Shown here one piece after another: positions 57,245-64,000 of a stretch of 64,000 nt of DNA; the first letter of the stretch is position 1; the number at the start of each line of letters is the position of its first letter. A program made the position numbers and the translations under genes. This DNA is from a virus, in the IMG/VR virus record IMGVR_UViG_3300044957_000619. The stretch is one strand, 5' to 3'. The notes below the pieces were generated by a model. The model had not been told where the DNA came from. It did not search any database and saw only the letters and a list, made by a program, of their open reading frames with translations.

Positions 57245-59803
57245 TCATATATGATTAATTCGACTATAACCATTAAGTTTATCAACTGTTATAAACGTAT
57301 CTACCATATCTTTCATCGAATCAACATGAGATATAATAATTGAGAAATCAAATTTGGTTCGTAAATATTCAAATAAATTAACTAACGATGATATATGTGA
57401 CGAATCTAGAGTTCCAAATCCTTCGTCTATTGCAATAAAATTAGGACGAGGCAAAGCTGAAACATTGATAAGTGCAATGCGAATTGCTAATGATGAAATA
57501 AATCGTTCCATACCAGATGTTAATTCTAATGGCCAATAATTATCTTCATCATAAATAATATAACCATTGATATTTTTGCCATCTGTATTTAACACCATGT
57601 TAAATTCTACAATTTGATTAAGTACGTTGTTAATTTCAGATTCAATTTTAGGAACTGCTTTTGCAATTAATTCATATGGAATACCATTACGTTGAACTGA
57701 TTGCAAATAATATTCATATGCTTTATATTCAGTTTCTAATTGTTGATATCGTTCTAATTGATCAATCGCAGTACTTTTATTTGTACGTGCAACTTCAATA
57801 GCACCAAACAAAGATTTAATTTGATCTTGAATTATTTTAATTTGTTGAGAACATGATGTAATTTGCGTTTTACATTCTTCAATCGATTGATCTATTTGTT
57901 GATTATGTATAATTGCCGTTTCATTTTTACGAAATAATTCTTGTCGTTCAATAACTGTTTCTAATTCAGATTCTCGTGTTTGCAGATCACTTTCTAAAAT
58001 TTGTAATTGTAATTCGTTGCGTTCCAATGTAATTTTTTTAGTATCAATATTGGATTTCAATTTATTATATTGATCTACAATTTCAAATATAGGTTTTAAC
58101 GTATCTAATTGAGAATTTAAGTCTGTTAATTCTTGTTGTAATTCTTCTAATAACGCTCTATCTGAATCAATTGTATTTTGAGCTTCGATTGCATTTTGCA
58201 CGAAAACGTTAGATGTACAGTATTTGCAGTTTGGATCATATTCGTGAGATTCGAGATGTTTAATTTTTTCTTGTTTGGCATTTACTTTCTCCTGTTGTTG
58301 TCTGAATTTTTGTAAGCAGGTATTGACTGTTTGTTCTATCTTTTGGTATTGAGTTGTTTGTGTTTTAATTGCATCTATATCTATTTGCAATAAGTCCGAT
58401 TCTAACGTCTCAATAATTTCAGATAATGTTTCTAATTCTTGTTCTGCAGTTTCTATATCTGTTTGAATTGTTTCAATTTTACCAATTAATGTTTGTTCTT
58501 GTGATTTCAATTCTGCAATATTCGGTCCGTCGTATGTTGTTGGTAATTTAGTTTCAATAAGTTGCAAAATTTGTTCTTGAAATTCGTTTCTACGTTCTTG
58601 TTGCTGATCTTCAAGTTGTTCTAATGAAATAATAATATCTTGATTGTCAGTAATAACTGCATCAGCTTGTACAATAATTTCAGCGAAATCTGTTTTCTTA
58701 TAATCTTTTAATCGTCCTGCCGTTTCTTTAATTTCATCTGCTGCAAGCTGATATAGTTGTTCGAATACCGTAATATCTAAAAACTGCGATAACAAATCTT
58801 TGCGTTCTTTTTGTGACTTTTCAATAAAATTATTGTTATCTGCTTGCAATGCAAATGCCGTTAAAATAAAATCATCATATGTCCCTAAATAGCGACGAAT
58901 GTTTTTATTTGTTTCACTGCGTTCTTCTCCGTTTAATTTTGCTGAATCAGTATAAAAATCTACATCAACTTTCACGTGCGTATCTTTCTTTTTGTTTTGA
59001 GTACCACGTCGTTCAATGGTATATATGATGCCATTCATTTCAAAACGAAATACACCTCGGAACCATGTTTGTTTATTATTTAATACTTCGTTTGCTTTGC
59101 TTGTTTTGCTGCATTTATCAAATATAGTATATATAATTGCATCAAGCAAACTTGATTTGCCAGATGCATTTGCAGCAAAAAGTCCACATACATCAGAAAG
59201 TTTATCAAAGTTTAACATGTTACCTTCGCCATATGAAAACATGTTGTCAAATTCAAATGATATAGGATGCCATGTAGTATGTCGTATCGATTCTACTGCA
59301 GGCAATTTTGAATTTATTGTGCGATTAATATGTCGAATAGCATCAATTTCCTTAGGAGTAGCTTGCGGAAAATTTGTATCAATATAATCCGTTAACAACA
59401 CATTTTGATACTCAACATCTCGAACATTTCCTATTGTTAAACTAGTAGCAGTATTAGTTGTAGTTGAGCCTATAGTTCGTTGAATTGTAATATCTTCTAC
59501 TTGATATTTTTTACGGATTGTTGCAATTAGCCGCTTCATATCTGCTGCACTCGTTTCATTAAATTTAATGCGAATTCGTGGTCGTTTTGGCATACGATGT
59601 GGAGAAGATATAATTGTAGAACCTTGTGTTTCTATGGTTACATAACCATAATCATTTTCGATTTGCACAAATTCTGCACTTCTTTGCTCTACATTCCAAA
59701 CCAATATCCCATGGTCTAATGCTTCGCCATGATTTTGTTGAATTGTGCTACCAGCATATCTAATTTCTGGTTTTTTTTTATATAACTTTATTTTTTTACT
59801 CAT
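57245..59803 (-). CDS. SbcC/Rad50 (gp46-like) ATPase carrying the C-terminal part of SbcD/Mre11
   Basis: Begins YAGSTIQQNHGE (phosphoesterase tail); then NASGKSS, CKYC hook, SGMERF, IDEGFG, IISH. Confidence 0.92.
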   Translation of the reverse strand: MSKKIKLYKKKPEIRYAGSTIQQNHGEALDHGILVWNVEQRSAEFVQIENDYGYVTIETQGSTIISSPHRMPKRPRIRIKFNETSAADMKRLIATIRKKYQVEDITIQRTIGSTTTNTATSLTIGNVRDVEYQNVLLTDYIDTNFPQATPKEIDAIRHINRTINSKLPAVESIRHTTWHPISFEFDNMFSYGEGNMLNFDKLSDVCGLFAANASGKSSLLDAIIYTIFDKCSKTSKANEVLNNKQTWFRGVFRFEMNGIIYTIERRGTQNKKKDTHVKVDVDFYTDSAKLNGEERSETNKNIRRYLGTYDDFILTAFALQADNNNFIEKSQKERKDLLSQFLDITVFEQLYQLAADEIKETAGRLKDYKKTDFAEIIVQADAVITDNQDIIISLEQLEDQQQERRNEFQEQILQLIETKLPTTYDGPNIAELKSQEQTLIGKIETIQTDIETAEQELETLSEIIETLESDLLQIDIDAIKTQTTQYQKIEQTVNTCLQKFRQQQEKVNAKQEKIKHLESHEYDPNCKYCTSNVFVQNAIEAQNTIDSDRALLEELQQELTDLNSQLDTLKPIFEIVDQYNKLKSNIDTKKITLERNELQLQILESDLQTRESELETVIERQELFRKNETAIIHNQQIDQSIEECKTQITSCSQQIKIIQDQIKSLFGAIEVARTNKSTAIDQLERYQQLETEYKAYEYYLQSVQRNGIPYELIAKAVPKIESEINNVLNQIVEFNMVLNTDGKNINGYIIYDEDNYWPLELTSGMERFISSLAIRIALINVSALPRPNFIAIDEGFGTLDSSHISSLVNLFEYLRTKFDFSIIISHVDSMKDMVDTFITVDKLNGYSRINHI

Positions 59804-59928
59804 ATAGTTTCATATTTAATTTGATCAATCTCATCTTCCCAGATACGTATTAACGTCCAGTTACTAGATGCTACTAATCCATTTTTATATAAATCATTTT
59901 CCCTTGTTCGTAGTTGGATTTCATTTAA
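59800..59928 (-). pseudogene. C-terminal remnant of a Vsr/DUF559-like homing endonuclease
   Basis: LNEIQLRTRENDLYKN...WTLIRIWEDEIDQIKYETI*; TGA overlaps the ATG at 59803. Confidence 0.7.
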
Positions 59929-60613
59929 TTTCCCAGCCATTTTTTAAATATTCATCTAGTTCTAATTCATCAACTTCAATTTCTTTATATGAATAAGATT
60001 GCAATATTTGATTTGATTTATGAATATCTCCTAGCAACGTAATGTCATGACCTTCAAACAAATCAACGCCTACATGATCATTTGATATTTGATAGCCAAT
60101 ATCGGTACGAGCGGTATTAACAGCACCATGGTGCAATGCAATCTTATAAGAAGCTGCGAAATCTTTAGCACGAATATAATCAGCAGGCATTTTGTCGACA
60201 GCCATATGATTCCAAGTAACGCCGCCTAATTCAAATAAACCGTTGTCTTTAATAAAATGTATATTCTTATTTTGAATAACATCTAATACTGGACTAACTG
60301 CATCAATACGGTGCATATTATTTAAGTTCATATCATGGTTACCTAAAATAACAATTGTAGTTAATTCAAATCCGTTAAAGAAATCGACTAGCATTTGTAC
60401 TAGCTCCGGAGACATATCTAATTTGCTATGCACAATATCACCTGTAACTACAGCAATGCTACGATCCGTTTTGGTTTGATTAATATATTCAAACATGTTT
60501 TTAAATACTCCTCGATATTCTCGATGTCGTTTCAATGTTCGAATGTGTACGTCTGAAATATGATAAATTTTATCAATTCGATCAATTCCCGTTTCAATTT
60601 TTTTTATGTCCAT
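59921..60613 (-). CDS. SbcD/Mre11 (gp47-like) nuclease N-terminal fragment
   Basis: SDVH, GDIVH, GNHD, HHG, GDIH motifs, then an acidic tail. Confidence 0.9.
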   Translation of the reverse strand: MDIKKIETGIDRIDKIYHISDVHIRTLKRHREYRGVFKNMFEYINQTKTDRSIAVVTGDIVHSKLDMSPELVQMLVDFFNGFELTTIVILGNHDMNLNNMHRIDAVSPVLDVIQNKNIHFIKDNGLFELGGVTWNHMAVDKMPADYIRAKDFAASYKIALHHGAVNTARTDIGYQISNDHVGVDLFEGHDITLLGDIHKSNQILQSYSYKEIEVDELELDEYLKNGWEIK

Positions 60614-61545
60614 AACATGTCCATTTTAAGCGCCATAATGCGCTCAAACGTTAATATATCAGTATCGTTAATAATTTCTGTAATTTGTTCAAAACCTAAT
60701 TCTGATGCATCAGCATCTTGCAATTTAATAAAATAAACATTTAATCCTTCTGCCATAAACCGTTCTGCAATTTGCACTGCATTTTTAAGTGCATCAGCAT
60801 CTAAGCAAATATAGATATCTTTAACACGTTTTTCAATGATTTTCTTTTGCAGGGCCGGTTGTATAATTTTTCCGAACAATGGAATTGCATTGCGTTTGAT
60901 TGCAATTGCATCAAATGCTCCTTCACAAAGTATAATCGGCTGTGACCAATTAATAGTTAAATCAAATCCAATGATATCTTTTGATATTTTCGGATTTTTA
61001 TGTTTTTGTTTATCGGCTCGATAAAATGCTCTAGAAACAAAATAATTTAATTGTCCTGCTTCATCATAACTAGGAATAATTATTTTTCCAGAATATTCAC
61101 CTTGTTCACAATACCCAATTCGATATTTTAAAATATCTAACATACCAACACCACGTTGCGATAGATAATGCATTGCATTTCGATAATCTGGTGTATTTTT
61201 TCTATTCCATAACGGAATATAATTTTCTGGTAATGATAATGCAGCTACAGTTTTTGTTTCCGTATTAACGCGATATCTAGAAGATTCAATTATTTTTGAA
61301 AGTTGTTCAAACCATTCTTTTGATAAACCCATCTGTTTGAATAAGCTAGAAATGGTTCGTCCTTTTTTATCAGATATCCAACAATGCCATGGATTTTCTC
61401 CAGCATGATTAGTATTTATATCAATTTCTAATTTTGGTTTGTAATGTGAAGTAAATGGAGAAAAGAATGCAATATTATTTCCGGAAGTAGATTTTCCTTT
61501 ACCTAGAACTGATTCTAATAATTGTAACAGTTTAAGATTCTTCAC
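60604..61545 (-). CDS. DNA primase (DnaG/gp61-like)
   Basis: IIIPSYD..GQLNYFVSR; Toprim CEGAFD, LDADA, DASE; GTG start. Confidence 0.9.
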   Translation of the reverse strand: MKNLKLLQLLESVLGKGKSTSGNNIAFFSPFTSHYKPKLEIDINTNHAGENPWHCWISDKKGRTISSLFKQMGLSKEWFEQLSKIIESSRYRVNTETKTVAALSLPENYIPLWNRKNTPDYRNAMHYLSQRGVGMLDILKYRIGYCEQGEYSGKIIIPSYDEAGQLNYFVSRAFYRADKQKHKNPKISKDIIGFDLTINWSQPIILCEGAFDAIAIKRNAIPLFGKIIQPALQKKIIEKRVKDIYICLDADALKNAVQIAERFMAEGLNVYFIKLQDADASELGFEQITEIINDTDILTFERIMALKMDMLWT

Positions 61546-61551
61546 AATTAT

Positions 61552-61580
61552 AATATAATAAAAAACTGTAAGGAATCCAA
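61552..61580 (-). promoter_or_regulatory. Promoter TTGGAT-N17-TATATT
   Basis: -10 box 6 nt upstream of the primase start. Confidence 0.6.
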
Positions 61581-61722
61581 TTAATAATTAATTATAATAT
61601 ATGTTAAGCACATACATTTCATTTCTGGCTTAACGATTGAATCAATAAATTCTTCAATCTATTAATAAAATAAATTTCATTAATCTTCATGAATATATTA
61701 AAAATAATTCAAAAAACAAACC

Positions 61723-62205
61723 TTACTTAAAAAAACGTTTTGGATCTGTTGGAATTTCACCGGGTTTTATGCATTCAGCAAACCATTCTGTAGGTATATC
61801 TTTCTTTGCAACATATTGAATGCCCAATTTACGAGCAAATGCTTCATATGTAGTCGGAGATGTTTTTGATAATTTTTGATTAGGATTTTGAAACACCATC
61901 CTTATATCAATTCCAGGATTAGATTGTAATACGTGTTTCATTTTAGTACGATCTGCAGTAGTCCACCGGCCTTTAGTTTCAATATACATAGTGCCACCAT
62001 TTCGTTTCGTAAAAACAAAATCAGGAGTATATTTTGCTTTACGTTCTGGAACTACGTAATTAAGTGTTTCAGTTTCATATCGCAATTCATATTCTGTTTG
62101 TTTAATCTGTTCTGATATAGTAAGTTCTAATCCAGATTTATAACCATGTTTGAGAGCATTTGTTCGTTTCGAGTTGCTACCCGAGTGCCAATGATTTCGT
62201 TTCAT
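61723..62205 (-). CDS. T7 endonuclease I-like Holliday junction resolvase
   Basis: YKSGLE, YE...Y, YTPDF, IETKGRW...DR.KM. Confidence 0.9.
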   Translation of the reverse strand: MKRNHWHSGSNSKRTNALKHGYKSGLELTISEQIKQTEYELRYETETLNYVVPERKAKYTPDFVFTKRNGGTMYIETKGRWTTADRTKMKHVLQSNPGIDIRMVFQNPNQKLSKTSPTTYEAFARKLGIQYVAKKDIPTEWFAECIKPGEIPTDPKRFFK

Positions 62206-62209
62206 AACT

Positions 62210-62962
62210 TTACATGTAATTCCATTTAATATTTTGAATGGTAAGTTTATATTGATTTGCTAATTTATTCCATTTATAAAATTCCACCGGAATGCTGCCT
62301 GTTTTACCATTTTTGATCATGTAATAAATTTGTTTACATGCAGATCGTAAACTTTCAATACTTAAACGATCTTCTAACGTGCATGATAATTCAATTTTTT
62401 TCAATATTGGATTATTAACTTTATTTGAATATAAATCATTAAAATATTTGGAAGCACTTTCTTCGTCATCATTAAAAAATGACGAAAATTGTTTAAAATG
62501 GCGTTGTGGGTATTTTGTTATAGTATTATATATTATCCATATGGCTTTTTGAATTGCATCATTGTTTTTTTGTTTGTCAGCTGATTGTTTCGTACGTTTA
62601 AAATCAACGTGTACATGATCGATATGAGGATTTTTTCCGGTATATGAATGCCATCCAGCTGGATAGTTCCATATTTTATTATTATAGATTACATTAACGA
62701 TATTATATTTAGTTGCATTTTTAACTAAATAATTTGCTAATTTTTGCATAACTGGATCGCCGGGTCCTTTTTTTCCGTGCCAATCGATTGCATTTCCTAT
62801 AGAATGTTCTGATGAAATATTAGTACCAGCAATATTCCTTTTAGACATTATTCCAATTGCCTTCCATTTATCTGCAGAAAATTCAGCTCGAGATAGTACA
62901 TCTCGTTTACAATATAATGTAGCTGTAGTTTGTTCTGCAAGTAAATGTTTTAATATTATCAT
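62210..62962 (-). CDS. Putative M15/LAS-family Zn peptidoglycan peptidase
   Basis: SEHSIGNAID (HxxxxxxD) ... HIDHVHV (HxH); N-terminal MIILKHLLAEQ. Confidence 0.65.
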   Translation of the reverse strand: MIILKHLLAEQTTATLYCKRDVLSRAEFSADKWKAIGIMSKRNIAGTNISSEHSIGNAIDWHGKKGPGDPVMQKLANYLVKNATKYNIVNVIYNNKIWNYPAGWHSYTGKNPHIDHVHVDFKRTKQSADKQKNNDAIQKAIWIIYNTITKYPQRHFKQFSSFFNDDEESASKYFNDLYSNKVNNPILKKIELSCTLEDRLSIESLRSACKQIYYMIKNGKTGSIPVEFYKWNKLANQYKLTIQNIKWNYM

Positions 62963-64000
62963 TCGCTCTTAGCTTCATAATTACCGTTAGTATAAGTACC
63001 GATAATAGTTGTTCTAGTATCATCACTATATAGCTTGCCCGTTTTAGGATCACCATCTAAATTAAATGTACCTTCATAATATGCTATTACTTTATTACTA
63101 GCATCATATGCATATATTTTAGATTTATCATTTGTCGTATCTACAGCTTTTCCAGTTTTAAAGCCATGATATACTCGATATGATATCTCTGGCATTGAAT
63201 CTACAGCATCTCGATTTGTAAATTGATATTTTCCATCTGTAAAAACTCCATTTTTTGTAAATGTTCCATCTCGAGTTTGATCGGGCGTTTGCCAAATACC
63301 TTTACTAAACCACCATGTATTATCCGTATCATCATATGAAAATATACCATTCAAAGTCGTATTACGATGTTTAAACGTACCTTCAACAGGAATTCCTTTT
63401 GTAGCATTATATATTCCAGTAAACATTGCACCATCTGTACCAATTGGTTGATTTGTTACATTTGATATTATATCTGTTTCATCAGCATTTTCTTCACTAT
63501 TAGTATTATAATTAAAATTGAAATCTAAATTATATTTTGAACTTCGTTTAACCTGTAAAGCATCAATAAGATCTTTTGGTAATTTGGAATAATTATGTTC
63601 CAATATTCTAACATGTATCATATTTGAACTACCAATCTGTCCGATAATTGATGAGTCTGTTTGTTGTTTTTTTGGTAGTTTATATGCATCTAATATGGAA
63701 TTTGGTATTACAAGTACATTTACAACGTAACGTCTATAGCTATTGGTAGTGTCTATATCTGCAGTAGTCGATATAATATATGTATATTCACCTGAATTCC
63801 ATGGAGGTGACATACTACCTATTTGTGAATTTCCAGCTGATTTACCATGAACTATATTATTTATTTCGCCGATACCTAACTGTTTGCCTCGAATTACTAC
63901 TTGATATGCAATTCCTTTATACTTCGCTGCAACAGCTCGTACATCTTTAGGTGCTTTTCTTAAAATAGTGGTTCTACGTCTTGCAACTTTAGCTGCAGGC
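62959..64000 (-). CDS. Hypothetical protein with MORN-like C-terminal repeats; start lies beyond the window
   Basis: Frame stays open from 63813 to the window end; YYEGTF..DG.P..GKLY repeats. Confidence 0.55.
   Translation of the reverse strand, partial: PAAKVARRRTTILRKAPKDVRAVAAKYKGIAYQVVIRGKQLGIGEINNIVHGKSAGNSQIGSMSPPWNSGEYTYIISTTADIDTTNSYRRYVVNVLVIPNSILDAYKLPKKQQTDSSIIGQIGSSNMIHVRILEHNYSKLPKDLIDALQVKRSSKYNLDFNFNYNTNSEENADETDIISNVTNQPIGTDGAMFTGIYNATKGIPVEGTFKHRNTTLNGIFSYDDTDNTWWFSKGIWQTPDQTRDGTFTKNGVFTDGKYQFTNRDAVDSMPEISYRVYHGFKTGKAVDTTNDKSKIYAYDASNKVIAYYEGTFNLDGDPKTGKLYSDDTRTTIIGTYTNGNYEAKSE

Noticed and set aside
59760-60010. Group I intron or split intein at the SbcD/C break
   Set aside because: The insert is short with no recognisable P7 core, and has no Cys/Ser start or His-Asn end motifs. 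RT-PCR would be the definitive test.
61582-61722. AT-rich intergenic region as a replication origin
   Set aside because: No clear iterons; AT-richness alone is uninformative in this genome.
388-62115. All plus-strand ORFs and the short nested minus-strand ORFs in the track
   Set aside because: They are antisense or alternate-frame shadows of well-supported minus-strand genes and have no recognisable motifs.
1-64000. tRNA/rRNA genes, integrase, alternative genetic code, queC/dpdA
   Set aside because: No cloverleaf or rRNA-like segments were seen by eye. Core genes are intact in the standard code. No QueC (SGGxDS) or TGT-like ORF is recognisable in the window, though they may lie outside it.

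Overview
A 64 kb, AT-rich segment of a large T4-like (Far-T4 type) myovirus. Every credible gene is on the minus strand. A Bacteroidota host is inferred from the type of bS21 and a signal peptide with Gln at +1. Left to right: (i) a 7-deazaguanine/DNA-modification and nucleotide module (glycosyltransferase, second QueD-like T-fold protein, cytidylyltransferase, PolB, purine PRTase, queE, queD, folE, class II RNR); (ii) replication/recombination genes (gp41 helicase, 5'-3' exonuclease, UvsX, gp32 SSB, a compact PolA); (iii) baseplate, tape measure, tube, sheath, fibre and neck genes; (iv) head and packaging genes (gp23, scaffold, ribosomal protein bS21, gp21, gp20, gp17); (v) a fractured SbcD-SbcC gene, primase, resolvase and a cell-wall peptidase. 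Three intact and two decayed homing endonuclease genes are present. Two promoter classes recur: TTGGAT-N17-TATAAT, and ATATTTATW in front of mostly late genes. Top leads: a c-di-GMP-II-riboswitch-like RNA in the 5' UTR of a fibre/beta-propeller operon; a possible pre-replicative 7-deazaguanine pathway using a PRTase coupled to PolB; an intein-less fractured SbcD/C with charge-complementary tails; and a probable +1/-2 tail-chaperone frameshift. All calls come from manual motif reading; no database searches were run.
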